Assembly (NCBI GenBank): GCA_905178155.1
Contig: CAJINV010000001.1
Span: forward strand, 124,001 to 188,000
From: Amoebophrya sp. A120
Lineage: Eukaryota; Protista; Dinoflagellata
Direction of reading: 5' to 3'
Length of the DNA: 64,000 nt
Positions 1 through 14,000 of this stretch are shown in pieces; the stretch's first letter is position 1, and the number at the start of each line of letters is the position of its first letter. The notes beneath the pieces are model-generated. The model saw only the letters and a list, made by a program, of their open reading frames with translations. It had not been told where the DNA came from and ran no database searches. Position numbers and translations under genes: made by a program.

Positions 1-2179
1 CAGGATTACTACTACTAGCCACGAACTTCTTCGCATTTATTGCGGCTTCGTTCATTCTTTAGCCATTAAAAAATGTAGATATACGCAGCGCGGTTGCGTC
101 GATAGTCAGTGTTAGAAATGGGATTAGATATTGATGCGCCCCGACGTGGAAGGAAGAGACACTGCACAACCTTCTGGAAAAATAGAGCAAGAATCTGAAC
201 ATCAGGAACCATCTTTGACTTTGACTTTTCAGGTGAAGCGAGGTCCTGGCAACATGATACGCAGCAGCGATCCACCGGTTCTTCTTGAAGAGGTAGCTGA
301 GCCTAAAGGTCCCCCGCAAGAAAAGGAGAAGGAGGACGCGGAAGCGGTAGAAGTGAGTCCCATTACGCCCCATGAAGATTCCGCACAAAAACGCCTCCGG
401 AAGGCTGTAAGTTCGGACAAGTAAGAGATGACAGACGGGAGTGCTGATGCAGCTGTGGTCTAGTACTACAACTGCTTCTCTTTCTGATCAATCTCCGCGA
501 GCAGAGGCATCCGCGTTTCTGTGTTGCTTTGGTTTGCCGACCTTGACGATCTTGATTAGCTTCGACTTGTTTCTGCTTCCTTTCTACGACACAACATAGA
601 GGAAGAACGAATCCCCCGGAAAACGAAATAAAAAGTGCTGCGCCAACCCTTCTTGTTGAGTTCGTTGCGGGTGCTTTTGGTTTTATATTTATTTTTGACT
701 CAGATTCATCACGTGAACAAAATTGAAACGACTAGCTACAAATTAACCCCCGAGCTACAACCGCGTACTGAATTTCATTTTCATAGAATTTGAACCCAGG
801 ACGGCAATTATGATGTTCTGCAACAGCTTTAATAGCTCTTTGAGTCAGCGTGAACCGCCGCCCTGGCCCGCATTGGCAAGATACTGACGGGCCACCTTGT
901 GGCGGTACTACCAGAATGCTATACACGACCTTCTTTTTCAAAACTGTATCTAAAGTAAAAAACGAACATAGCCAAGATGAAATGAAGATTTCCTTATTTT
1001 CTGAAAAATTCGTAATCACCCCCGGCGAGCTTGTTCTATGTCAGTACTTTTGTCAGTGTCCGCATGGATAATTATGGCGATGGGAACGCATCACATCAAG
1101 TTTGACGGGGAATCGATGTCGATGCTTGTCCACTTCTATCATGAGGGCAACCGCAACCTGTGGTCACCCTATAATTTCTTCGACACTAATTGACCCCACA
1201 TTTGGGTACATCATCAATTAACATTCTTTGGAGAGTCTAGTTCACTAATGGACCACAGCCAGCACTTCAACTTCTCGACGACAAATACATACGTAGCTAA
1301 ATTCTTCTTACTTACATATTCTGACGAAACAGGAGCCTGCCAGCGGTCGTTCTGAGCAGTACACGACGAGGGCTCCAGTGTATCTTTCTTTCCAACTACA
1401 GCTGCTGAAGATCTTCGAGCTTCTTCTCCTCTATCTTTCTCACTACGTACCAACCAAAATTCTGCTGGACTTTGTTCACCTCATAAAAAAAATCACCTGT
1501 ACACTACAATCAGATAATTGGTCCCTCTCAGCCATGCGATGTGCTGGCGACAAAACAACAGAACCAGACGGACCTCTGATGACCAAAATGTATCACGACG
1601 CCGTGCGATTGCGAATGATGAAGAGCATTATGTATAAGACGTCGGTTGTTCTCTTTTCTTCCGGTTGCAGCAGCAGCGACAATCTGAATCTTGTCCAAGT
1701 CGTCGTCCATTTTGGCTTCACATACACATGAACCCATATTGGTGTAGTCGTTTTTAGTTGGCGGCGCGCGTCACCTAAACCATAATATTCTGAAGACGAG
1801 ATCCACAATCATGATGCAACTTGATGTCAATGTGTTGGAACGGGCATCAAGGATGGTACTAGAAAAACGTTTATCGTTTTTTTTATGAAAGATTGACGAC
1901 AAAGATCTCTCTTAAAAAGCCTCGCGATCCTCTGCACCTGCACCAGGTTTTCTTGCAGCGCATGGTTTTGACTTCCTTCATGTGCCTGTGGGACGCAGCG
2001 CACGAGGGGAGGTAAACGTAAAGATATCATGGCAGAAGAAAGTATCATGTTTGATGTTCTCGCAGTTCTTGGCCAGTCAAGTGTGTCTTTACGTGGCTTT
2101 GGGTCAACATTTGATTTCATTTATTGGAACAAAATGATACGTCGATTCTTTAGGGTCGTCGAAAGGTAAGAATTGCATA

Positions 2180-5100
2180 TTGTTATTGAAACCTAGAATG
2201 CGTAGCTGCAAACCTCGTCTACTGCCAGCAGCACAGACTCGAGGCGTTTTCGCGGCAACATGGCTGTTCGTTTCTGGTGTCCAGCAGCTCTTCGAAGTGC
2301 TACACCTCCACAAGCTGCGAGGAGCAGGCTCGGTGTTGTTCTTAATAGCAGCAGCAGCAGCAGCGTCATCTTCGGCTGGTGGAATTCCCGGTGCGGCTAT
2401 AATTTCGTCTGCAGCCCCGGCGGGGGGAACCGGGACCTTCACGACCACGATTAGACGGACAGCGAGTCCAGCTGCAGCAGCTTCATCTCAACAACACGGG
2501 TCCACCTTCTATCCGTCTTTCAGCAGCACCAGCGGGACACAGCCACCAGGAGTTGCACCTTCATCCCAGAATTATGCTGGACCGCCTCAACAGGAGCGTC
2601 AGCCGCTGTTGGGTGGAAGAACTCCTGGGGCAGCCCAAGGCGGAAGTGGCGGCGCGGCGTTATTACCAGGTGGAGCTTCGTCATCTCTGCCGCTTACCGG
2701 AATAGTCGCGTCAACAAGGGCCGCTCCTGTCGCGTCACACGGAGGTGGAAATAAACTTCCCGCAGGAGCTTACTTTACTTGGCAGCGTCCCGGCGCTGGA
2801 GTGTACACACCGGTTCCGCCTGCGGTTAACACAAGCCCTGGTCATGGTGGTTCCATCGCGGCTGCAGCTCCCAGCCATAATGCGCCCTATCATGCTGCAG
2901 GAGCAGCTTCGCCGAGCGAGGCAACTTCTACACCATTCAGGACCAGTCGGCCACTTTTGGGACTACTTCAGAATCCGCTGCTGCGCGGCCGCACGCCCGG
3001 CCCGCCGGTTGACACAACAACCTCAACAACGAGAAGCACGGCAAAGCCAGATGAGGGGGGCGAACATCCTCCCACCTGCGCGATCTGCCTGTCCGAAACG
3101 GAGAACCTTGACTTCACGGGCGGTGCGGGGTGCACGCACCTCTCCTGCCCGGCCTGCCTGGAGCGCCTCGCCGAAATCGCAATCAAAAACCAGGAGCCGC
3201 TCGTCTGTCCCATTTGCTACGCCGAACAAGTGAAGGAAAGCAAGATGTCGAACAATCGAGGACACCATCAGCAAGATGAATCCTCGCCGATGGGGGCAGC
3301 TTCGCAGTCAACCACAACACCGAGGACAGTGAGAACTACAGCCACTACAGGCGGTGCAAATAACAGTATGAGTAGTTCTAGTACTGGATCCAGCCCAGTT
3401 TCGACGACGGGTGCGACGACGGTGACACCAACGGGAAAGTACGACGAGGATTTTTTCCGGAGTCAAGAGCGGATCAAGCAGAGACTGCAGCAAACGGGGT
3501 TCCGGGGAAACCTGGACAAGCATGAACTGGAAATCGCGCAGCGTTCCGCGGCCTCCCGATACATCAGGTGCCCGCGAAAGCACTGCCACGGCTGGATCGA
3601 ACTCGTATTCGGCGTGCCAGAAGATGGAGATGGTGAAGACCACAGCGAAGAGGTACAAATTATAGGAGCAGGTCAGCGACGAAAAGCTAGAGAAGATCAT
3701 GATCGCAGGGCCAGGTGGAATTGCGTCAGCTCGCGCTGCTTCTCCCGCTCGCAAGAGAAATCGGACGACGAGGCGGGCGAGGAGCCGACCTTCACAGAAG
3801 ATCATACGGGGCGGCTCGATGCGGCCGATAGTACAACTTCAACCGATCCTGCGGTCATATTGTTCGACCACACAGATGGTCATGACGATATGTTGCTATC
3901 GACAGGCGGTGGAGCCAGAAGTAGAGAAGCCAAGGAGAGGACGCAGGCATCGAGGAAGAAAAAGAACTCGTCGTGTGGGCCGTTCGATTGCTTGTTTAGT
4001 TGCGCCTCTGGCAAGGCCGACGAGTACGAGGACTATGTTCTTGCGGACGTCGAAGAGGACGAAGGCGAAGCGAAGAGTTGTTCTTTCCGACGAGGAGCTG
4101 CGACCCCCTCGCTTCAGAAGCTGGAACTCGTTCCGTACCAGAGGCAGCGACTGTGGTGCGCCGAGTGCGGCTACAGTTTCTGTCCCTGCTGCAACCGACT
4201 CGAGCACCAAAATTCCAGCATGCGGTTCACACGGATCAGTCAGTACCTCGCGAAAAACGGCCCGGCGATGGAGCAAATGGTTTCCCACGGCATGTGCAGC
4301 CCGCACTCGCGAATTCGGTATATAAACTTAATTACGCCGTTTTTCTCGTATGCTTGCACTCGCTGAATTTGATCGATATGACTGCGTAGTACTTTATTTA
4401 AAAAAATAAACATAAAGTACGTACGAACAATGATCTTCAAAAAAAGGCACATTCTACACGACGAAAACCTCGTCAACTATAAAAAATCACATCCCCCCTC
4501 TCCTCGCAGGGCTGGCATCGGGTGTTTTTCTACGAGCTGCCACACTCCGTGTTTCGTCGCCGGCTGGTGCTGTGGCTGCGCGCCCCCCCGGGCCAGCGAC
4601 AGAAAGAAACCGCTCCCGTTTCGCCAGCGCGTGATGTCCGCTGCGGGCCTTCGCCACGCGGTCGAGTATGGGCGCATGCACCTCGCGGAGTGGAACGAGT
4701 ACTGGGTGCGCGACGCCGAATGCGTGCTCGCGACCCTCGGGTCGCAGCCCAAGTGGAAGCACGCCATCAGCCAGAATGTGGCACGACAGCTACAAACCAG
4801 ATGGGGTAGTTCTACTTCAAGTGCAACATCTTCTGGAGGTGGGGGTTTACCTCCACCTAGTGCAGCAGCAGCAGCAGGAGCTGGCCGAGCCAATAGCGGT
4901 GGCGCGAGGACGTCAGTGACATCTTTTTCAAGAAGTAATGGCCACGACGAGGACCACGAACTAGAACTACACGGGAGTGAAAAGGACGCCGACAGCAGCG
5001 CCAGCAGTGAAGACAGTGACGACGAGCTCGCGCAATTCATGAGCAAGCGGCTATCGATCTACGACGAGGAAGAGGAAAAGGACCGGGCAGATCCAGCCAA

Positions 5101-6596
5101 CTACTCCTGCAAGTCGTTTGCCGAGAAGGAGAAAAAGTGGCGGCGCTGGGTGGCGAGCCTGCAAGAAACCGACGAAGACATCATGCGTGCGGTGCGGGAG
5201 TGGCACGCAGACGAAGCGCGGAAGGAACAGGTGTGCCGATTGTGTCTATGCAATCTGCAAAACTACTTATCGTACTTCGAGTGGAAACTGCGCGTTTTTC
5301 TTCGCAAATTTTCTCATAGAAGGACAGTGGCCGACTTTGTCATGCTGGACATAGGTGGTTAGACGTAGAATTGGAGAAGAGGACAAGTTTAGAACAAACT
5401 ATCAGTGATGTGCATGTGATGCATGCGTGCAAGTAAGTAGTTCCCCACCACGAAGACGATATTACTTTTGCACAGCATATCGACCGAATTGCGGAAGGCT
5501 CATCGAGAGGCTGGAGGGGTGCGACAACATGCGGTGCGGGGGTTCGGCCTACAGGCCATCGAGCGTGAAGGGCGGCGTGGGGTGCGGGCACGCCTTCAAG
5601 TGGTCGGAGGCTAAGCAGTACCGGCGCAGGAAGCACAGCGACGGCGCGCCCCGGTTCGGGATCTCGAGCGAGGCGGTGCGGCAGCACCGGAAAAAGTCCA
5701 TCTTTGGGCGGGAGCTTGACGCGAACAAGATCAACCCCAACTTGCGGCTATCCTGTGCAGAAGTATCGTGCTCGACGTAGTAATTGCATTCATGCATTAC
5801 AAATCTCTTTCTCAAGGCAAATCAGCATTACAGATTTAAATTTGTAATGCTGGATTTGTACTAGTACGATGCTTGTTTTGCATTGCATAGCGGCACTACG
5901 GATACAAAAAGAGCAAGATCGACAAACAGAGGCTGGATCCCAACAACTACCAGATCCGGTGTCGCCAGTGTCTGCAGCCCGTTGTGGTATCAACTGCAAA
6001 AATGTCTGGGTCTGGAAGAGTTGGAGCTTGTCATGCACATTTTGCATGACCCGTGAAGTCTATGATGCTGGTGCTAGCATCACAGATCTTTTGGGAGCTT
6101 CATCTTGATGCTAATTACGCATGAGAAATGCCCTCTCTGTGTGCCAAGAGCTGACTCCTCATGCTGCTCATGCAACACAGACACTTTTAGGATTCGCAGA
6201 CAGCATTACAAGTTCCACTCTTCCAGACCCAGACATATTTGCATTCCATATGTGGGCCCGCTTTTCCACTGTTTGAACTTCCCCAAGTTCACCCAGTTCT
6301 GTTGCTTCGATTGCGTGGTTATTCTGGTGAAGTCCCCCGACCCAGACCCGGGAAGTGCTGTCGCGCTAGACCCGGGGCAAGTCGTCTTACGAAAGGACCA
6401 CTGCTTCGAGGTGTTTTTCCAAGAGTTTGGGTCGATCCTGGAGGCTGAGGAACGACGCATGCGGAAAATTACGAAGCGCAAACACCTGGAGGATTCATCG
6501 GAGTTGCACTGTTGCGTCTGGCGTTGGTCCAACTCGTGCACGGCAGGCCACGGCCTCACTCCGTGTTACGCGCCGCACAAAGTTACTACTTCGTAG
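2180..6596 (+). CDS. RBR (RING1-IBR-RING2) E3 ubiquitin ligase-like protein with C-terminal ZZ-type zinc finger; 5 exons; start uncertain
   Basis: RING1 CAICL...GCTHLSCPACL...CPIC; split IBR (RCPRKHCHG...WCAECGYSFCPCCNRLEH); RING2 CRPNCGRLIERLEGCDNMRCG...CGHAFKW; ZZ-like CRQCLQPVVGPLFHCLNF...CCFDC after splicing. Canonical GT-AG intron 4318-4509; introner introns at about 5241-5479, 5749-5889 and 5988-6250 restore frame. Confidence 0.85.
5241..5479. mobile_element. Degenerate introner (family A), non-canonical intron
   Basis: Inverted TGCAAAA..TATCGT arms; diverged TSD ccgat/tcgac; removal joins VCR-PNCG of RING2. Confidence 0.65.
5749..5889. mobile_element. Introner family A (TATCCTGTGCAAAAGTATCGTAC-type TIR)
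   Basis: TAT...ATA ends, TSD gcggc/gcggc, frame restored (NLR-HYGY). Confidence 0.9.
5988..6250. mobile_element. Introner family B (..AAATGTCTGGGTCTGGAAG TIR)
   Basis: TSD tgtgg/tgtgg; inverted TGTCTGGGTCTGGAAG; removal completes the ZZ finger. Confidence 0.92.
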
Positions 6597-7956
6597 TAGT
6601 TGTCCTAGTCGCGGCTCCTGATCAATGCTAAAGTTGTGTAGTACCAGCACAAGAACTTCTACTTGCTTGTTCCCATTTTTTTTTTTCGACAAACAATTTG
6701 AAGGTACCGCTTTCCTTTCGCCGCTGCTTGTGCATACAAATGAAATAGACTGCGTAAAACTAGTTATCATTTGAAAATTTTACTGTTTTTGTTTTGGTTT
6801 CATTACATATTATTTTTCACGAGAATACAGCTTTTTGTTTTTGTTTTCCTGGATCAATGTATAAAAGTAAATCGTCCGCTGGACCGAAGAACAAGCCATT
6901 CTCATTCACCAGCGCGCAGCTGATGTGCCGTCTGCGAAAGAGAGCTCCTGGAAAGTCTGCTGCGGGACTGTGGCTCGTGGGTTCGCGGATTGATTTTTGG
7001 AAAGAACCTAGAGAATACAGTTTGAAGACAAGTGTCGTGACGATTGCACTTAACATTCGTTATATTGGTATGTATTTGAATACGGAGTGTAAGTGTTATG
7101 ATACTCTTTTTGCCGCTCTGGAAATCGAAATTCAAAATATGTCAGTCTGCTCTTTTCTCTGCTGGTTTGCGAAAAAGAAAATCGTCACAGATATTATTAG
7201 GCAGGAGTGGTTGCGCCGCTCATGGCACCATCGCGAAACCAAGTTATCTCCAACTTCCCACGATCTTACACCTAGGCCTCAAGACGACGGACTGGGAAAT
7301 AAAATCTTCAGAAACATGCGCGGAGAGGAAACATTTTGCGACTGTCGCGCCGTTTGATGACGTTGTAGAGATGTCCTGGTGGAGCTGCAGCACGATCATC
7401 ATTGTGAAACAGATCGCTCGCGCTGGAGGTCGGTGACTCGAGCAGCAGCCTCCGGCAAGAGGAGCGAGCGTCATTCTATTGACCACGTTCTTCCCTTTTC
7501 TCTTCATCTCTTGTTCAGCGCCAACAAATTTTGTTTTTGAGAGAAGCGGGCTTCTATCTAGTACGCCTTTTTATGAAGGTGGGCAGAAGTTTTGCGTGTC
7601 ATAAGAGGCTACCTACTGACTTGCTATCCGTAGTAGCTAGTCCTAGTCCTGCGCTTTGCTCGGGCCTGCAGATACTGTTTCAAACTACTAGTAGTATTTC
7701 TCACTGTATAATAGGCGTCCACACTGGCGTCCACACATAATTTTCTCACTGGCGTCCACACTGGCATTTGGTAGTCGCGTGCCCGTGGTGCATAGCGTTG
7801 CGTCGTTCCCTGCCCCGGTCTAGTGAGCCACATGCGAAGAGGCCACCGCCAACCACCACCCCCCGAAGTGAAGTATAATAAATTTTAATTTGAATTTTGG
7901 TTTTCATCGGCCGCAAGGAAAAAAAAGCATCCACCAGCATCTATAAATACTTCATC

Positions 7957-10032
7957 ATGATCACGGTCCGCGTCGTGGGCACGAGCCGATCCAAACGGCA
8001 GCCGCCGTCCATCGCTGAAATGTCGGCGCGGAGCATGTGGAAGGACCGTAAATGCCTGGAAGTCGGCCAGTATGTCTGCACTCCGACTTGCAAAAATTCC
8101 GACTTCATCGTCCGCGACATCACCGTGAGCGCCAGCACGGGCGAGGAAATCGACTCTTTGCTTTCCGAAGCCGAAGCGCTCGGTCTAGTGGGAGGAGAAG
8201 GTCCGGTCGTGCAGAACATCGCAGGAAATAGTACTTCTACAACTACTACCCACAGCGCAGGAGCTACAACTTCTACGTCATCTAAGAAGAGCGGAGGCGT
8301 AACCATTACAACGCTCCCAGTCTCGAAGCTCCCTTACACGGAGAAATTTGTGAAGGACTACCAACTCGACGTAAAAGTAGACGCGAGAGAGACATTCACC
8401 GTGTTCCGCAAGCTGCACATCCTTCCCTACGAGGACACCTTTGCCTACAATTATGACCACATGTACCACAACCAAATCCTTCCCTTTTTCCGCAAAGTTC
8501 CCATCCCCTTCGTGGGGCTGGACCACGAGTTTTCGCACAACGGAGGCCGCTTTCGAGTGGTAGGTATCACAGAGAAAAAGAGCTAGTGCAGTTCCTAGCA
8601 TAGTATGATTAGCTTTTACAGCTAATCCTGATCATACTATGTCTATGCTCAGCGTATTGTGTTTTTCAGCGCGTAGTAGCAGCTGTATCAGTGTATTTCA
8701 GCGCATAGTAGGAGCTGTTTCAGCTATGCAAGACGGATCACTTTTTGTGCAATTGTTTGTTGCATGTACATTTAAATTCTAGTGTAAAAACGCTATGCTA
8801 GAAGCTTTCTTCTCGTGTACAATCGGCATCGAGTACGAAAAGCCCGGAGCGGCGACGTCCTCCGATGACCAGCTAGCCGCAGGAGATTTGGTCACTTGCA
8901 CCTCGCCCCTCGCCTCGTCCTCAACCCTCGAGACGGACGCCACGAAAGAGAAGAAACTTGCGGACCAGCAGTGCGTGTACTGCAACGTGCTGCCGCTACC
9001 CAAATCCAACCCGGCCGGCGTGCTGGGCTGCGCGGGGTATCCTGTGCAAAAGTATCGTACTCGTACTAATCGCGTTCATGCATTACAAATTTCTTTTCAA
9101 GAGAAATCCGCATTTTTATTAATTAATTTTATTTTTCATGCTGAGGAGACATGCGATTTATACTAGTACGATGCTTTTGCATTTCATACGGGCAATGGCA
9201 CCGCGATGTTCTACGAGGGCCCCAAATTGCCCCGGGTCACGCTCGACTTGATTCACGTGTTGCCGTACGAGCGAGGTTTTCCCGAACGTCTTTTCAAATC
9301 CGAGGACAACGCGGATTCCTCACCCACAAAGGAAAACAAGTACGTAAAAATGGGTATCACACAGAAAAAAGCTAGCAGGGCATCCATTGAGTGCAAAAAT
9401 AAGCTGCACAGTAGAAAAAGTTTATCTCTACTCTTGCATGGCCCAAGCGTCATGCTAGTATGGGCCTACAATCGTGTGTCATTTTTTTACCTCTGTATTT
9501 TTGCATTTGCTTTTGCAGATGTGCTTTTTTCTCTAGGATAACGGCACGAGAAAAGAAGGCGAAGCAGGCGGCGCTTCTGGCGGCGGGAAATAAGGCCTCG
9601 AGAACTGCGAGCGCCACCGCCGCGGGTTCTTCTGTGGGAAAAGAAGTCGACGGGAAGCTGATTCTGAAGGAGTTTTTGCAGCAATACTTCGACAACCGGT
9701 CCTCGGCGTTCAAGATTGGCGAGGCTTTCAACCCGGCGGAGCGGTGCTTCGTTTTGTCCGGAAAAGGGCTATATGCGCACCCAGCGCAGCAGCCCCCCAA
9801 CATCTGGTTCAAAGTGATCAGCACGACGGGCGGGGCGTTCGGCGTGGGCTCCGTGGGGGCGAAGACCGAGATCAAAGTGCACGGCACGTGCGTGCGGGAG
9901 GAAGTGCCAAAACCAAACGTAAAAGAGATGGCGCGGGCCATGGAGCAGGCGGGATCGGGAAATAAAGATGGACGAAATAATAAGTCAAGGAAGGACAATG
10001 GTGAAGAGAAGGGGGACTGCTCACTCATGTGA
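7957..10032 (+). CDS. Protein with two CDC48/p97 domain-2-like repeats and C-terminal CaaX box (CSLM); 4 exons
   Basis: RKLHILPYEDT..ILPFF..FRVVG and LIHVLPYE..LQQYF..FKVIST resemble CDC48 domain 2. Introners 8565-8821 and 9038-9188; canonical intron 9340-9536; all joins in frame. Confidence 0.7.
8565..8821. mobile_element. Degenerate introner
   Basis: Imperfect TIR tatcacagagaaa / ttctcgtgtaca; TSD gtagg/atcgg; removal gives VVG-IEYEK. Confidence 0.65.
9038..9188. mobile_element. Introner family A
   Basis: TIR tatcctgtgcaaaagtatcgtact / agtacgatgcttttgcatttcata; TSD cgggg/cgggc; removal gives CAG-NGTAMFYEG. Confidence 0.92.
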
Positions 10033-11012
10033 ATTTGAACATCAAGATCAATCGTCTGCTCCTGTTAGAAGAAAAAAGCACTGGTTGCAGTTAGTGCCGA
10101 GATACGTTTCTGATCACTCTTTGCTCCTCAAAGCCGGCTCTCACCCCCAGAAAATAGAATCCGTTCCTCTCAATTACATGTGGTTCACTCTGTTGAAAGT
10201 CTGGTTTCATTTTCAAAGAGTCTCAATTTTGATTTTTCAATTGAGCGTACCAACAAGGAACAAGCTTGTAAGAGGAGGCCGCTCCTGTGGCGCTGCTCCT
10301 CTGATGCCGACGTTCCTTCATCTTGCGTCGTTCTAGCTCTACTCCTACACGATGAAAGCACGATCACCGTTCTAGGTTCCACTTCCAGACAGGTGGAACT
10401 GCAACTCGACATAATTGGGCGTAGTTTTGTACTTATTGTCGGTGTCGTCTCCACAGAAAGTAGAAGTTGTTTGCTGAGCGTACTATATGAGCTGCATCTT
10501 GTCGAGACAGACACAGAACGATACCTCAAGAAGAGCGCAGAAGGCAACATGATAAAGCAGAGTGCAGAGCCAGAGAAACATAACGAAAACCTGAACACGG
10601 GAGAGGGTGCCCTCCTGGAGGAGGTCCCCGAGCGTTTGCGTTTAACTACCTACCACTACCAGAACCAGATTTTGTAGTTCATGATGTGCGACGGAGCGAG
10701 GTAAGGTTCATTTTCGTCCCGCCTCCCCGTCTGTTTCTGTTCTCGCGCCACCGCGTGTTATTCTACAAGAACTACTCTACGCTCAACTACAGCCACTATC
10801 TCTCCGGCGGATGCGCTCGCACTGACGTTCCTGGTAAGGTAGAGACACAACTTGACGCAGTCGCTTCTGGACTTACGGTTACGATTTCGATTCATTGCGG
10901 GCTCAAACGCAAGGGAAGCGGAAGCTGGAAATCTGCGGCTGCAAGAACAGTACAACCTGGCTCGCAGCTACAAAAGTAAGAAGAAATCTTTTTACGTGCT
11001 ACCACGCCCAAC

Positions 11013-14000
11013 ATGAACGAGAACGAACCCGGACAACAAGGACTGCCTCCACCGCAGCCCGCAATCGATGAATCTGCCCCGACGCCGTCTCTTGCTTCCG
11101 CCGGGACGACCGCCGCCCTCCCCGCCTGGTCGGGTCCGATTCCCGTCACCGTGGCGACCATCGTCTTCTTTGCCTACGTGCGCTTCGTTCTGGGCGGCGC
11201 CCTATCAAATGTAAAAATGTCTGGGTCTGGAAGACTGCAACTTGTCATGCTGTCTTTGAATTTCAAAAAAATCTGTATTGCGTGACCAGCAACAGGAGTC
11301 CAGTTTGTGTTACGCGCAGAGGGAATTTCTCATGCGGAATAGGCACTAGGGAGCCCTCTAAAAACCTGTGATGCTAGATCATGCATTACATGCATCATGG
11401 ATCATACAAAATATGCATCACAAATCCCGAAATCTTCCAGACCCAGACATTTTTACATTTGATACGCCCCCTACCTCTGCAGCCGCGCGTGGTACGCCTT
11501 CTGCTTGCTCGTTTATGACAGCCTCAGAATGGAAATCCTCAAAGTGGAAATGATTTGTAATGCAAAAAAACGATTCCAGCTAGAGCGCCATTTCTAATCG
11601 GCGCATGACAAATTTCCTGGGCACTCGAAACCTGTCTGTCATGCTAGTTAGGGCAAGGGTGTCTGTGCCCTTCTCTCGTGCTAATTAGCAGCCCAATTCT
11701 GAACCCGTAGGAGCACAATAGTCGGCCTCCATTGCGTCCTCTGCAATACAGTCTTTTTGGTGTCGCATTTCATGCATCACAAATTATTTCCACTTTGAGA
11801 ATTTCCATTCTGAGGCTTTCATATCGTTCCCTTTCCCTTCCTCTTCCTCGGCATCGGCCTTGGAGGGATTTGCGTGCCGCTCGATTCTATCGGCAGGGAA
11901 AATTATCCTGATCTGGTCCTCGGTCATCTGGGTCTACTAGAAAAATTAAAATGCAATTTTGATGTGGGTCTAAATCTAATATGCGCTACGATAGGTTTTC
12001 TCGGAAAAAAAATTGTGTTTGCATGACTCGCAAATGCAAAAAGAGCGTCGATATGTTTTCACGCAGAATATATTTTTTATGAATTGCAAAGCCCTGAGGC
12101 TGAGCCTGACTCCGCGAAAGCGAAACAAGTTTGTGATCTTAGGCTAAAGCTATGCCTATGACGCATAATTTTTCGTCCAGGCGGCCGCCCCGACCAGGAT
12201 CATGACCTCTTTGCCTCCGATAAACTTCGATATCCCGACCGCTGTGCACCTAGGTTTGGTGCTACTGTACTGTCAAATAGATCTGCTCGTGTCGCGGTTC
12301 CTGGTGCTGCGGGATTTTGCGAGCAGACCTAGTGGCGCGACCGCGGATGGACAAGAATCCACGAATGCGGAACTCCTCCGGCCTTCCAGGGAGCACGTTT
12401 CTGCACAGTTCGGGTCGATAAACGTGGTGAAAATAATGCTAGAAAACCTGCACCCATTGAGGTCCCGGACACCATTATCGTACGAAAAAAATGGTTCACT
12501 GTAAGGATTTTGCACGTTTTGCATTACAAGTTCGTTACACATTCCTAAGGGAAAACACGTTGAAAAACCCAATGCCTTGCATGTGGCGCAAGACAAATCG
12601 TTGTGTGCTCCATTCTATGCATTACAAGTTCACAGTGAAACAGTTTTTTCGTGCGATAACCATTGGACCTTGGATCGCCGGCATTGCTCAGGGGATGCTT
12701 CTAGGCACGGAAAAAAAAAGAAGTATCGGACACGTTGTTCGTTGTATCATGGGTAGACTAGAAATTTTTGCATGATGTGCATCTTACTTTTCAAGAAGAA
12801 AAACGAAATACAAATATAAAAGAACTTGCTAACCTTCTTGTTGTTGTTGCAGAGCAGATTCGATTTTACAAAAACTGCGACCGCATGCACGATGACACGA
12901 GCATGCAGTCTATGAGTTGTGGATGATCATCATACCAGTGGCGCGATACTTTTCCGAAAGATAAACTCGAATTCAATGGAGCGCTGCTGCATGAGGTACA
13001 TTATCGGCCACTTGTATTCACTGACACAGGATGAACCCCAGAAAAGAATTTTAGATTATAAGAAAAAGAACGAATTTTTTAGCTTTAGCTTTACCATTAT
13101 CAAGAGCTGCTCATGTAGGCACGTTGACGTTCTCTTACTCTACCTCCTTCGTCCTTCCCACCTACGAACAGGTCTTCTGGAACGTGTTTATTTGCCAAAA
13201 CTTTCTGAATATCCTGTGCAAAAGCATCGTACTTGTACTAATCGCAGTCAAATTTCATTATTGAAGGTAAATCAGCATGACAAATTCCGTTTGTCATGCT
13301 GAGCAAATTCCGTTTGTCATGCTGAGCTAACTTGTGTTGCAATACTACGAGTACGATACTTTTGCAGTTCATACTGAACCACAAGTATCCCCCCTACCTA
13401 GCGATCGCCCTGGTCCCGGTGCTCAGCTGCGTGGTCCACGGAATTGTGTGCAATTGGGTGTCTGGCTACCGCTGTTTCCCCCAATTCCTTTGGGTAGGGG
13501 CGGGAAAAAAAAGTAGTATGATTATCCGTCTCAGTATCTGTGAGTGCGTATATATATGTCGCAGGAGAACCTCGTCGGTTCTATCGGTAGAATAATCAGC
13601 ATGGCAGTTCTTTTTCTATTTCTATTCGTGATTTATATTCGGACAGATGACGTCGACACGACGAAAGAAGCTGGCACTCATCTCCTGGTGTCTGGCGCTC
13701 TATTAAGTACTACTACAACACCTCCGACATGCACTGCAGTGCGTAGACAAAGACTGCAATAACGCAAGACAGCAGATGAAACAAGATAAGATGAATTAGA
13801 AACTGTAAAAACTGATACGGACTAGAAGTACTACTTTTTGTCATTTTCATACTCAGTGGTGCTGGCGTACCACGCGTCCGGCGGTTCGGTGCTGATCCCG
13901 GGCCTGATCCACGCCTGCTGGTATTTTATGGACGGCAGATTGTATCGAAGAAAAAAAGTTCGTCACGATCACTCATGCGCATTCTTGCAATACAAAATTG

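Noticed and set aside
131-424. Possible terminal exon of an upstream gene
   Set aside because: Low-complexity, no domain, context lies outside the window
1214-1737. Possible Ty3/Gypsy RNase H-like fragment (LATYVFVVEKLKCWL)
   Set aside because: Only one loose motif, with no RT, integrase or LTR support
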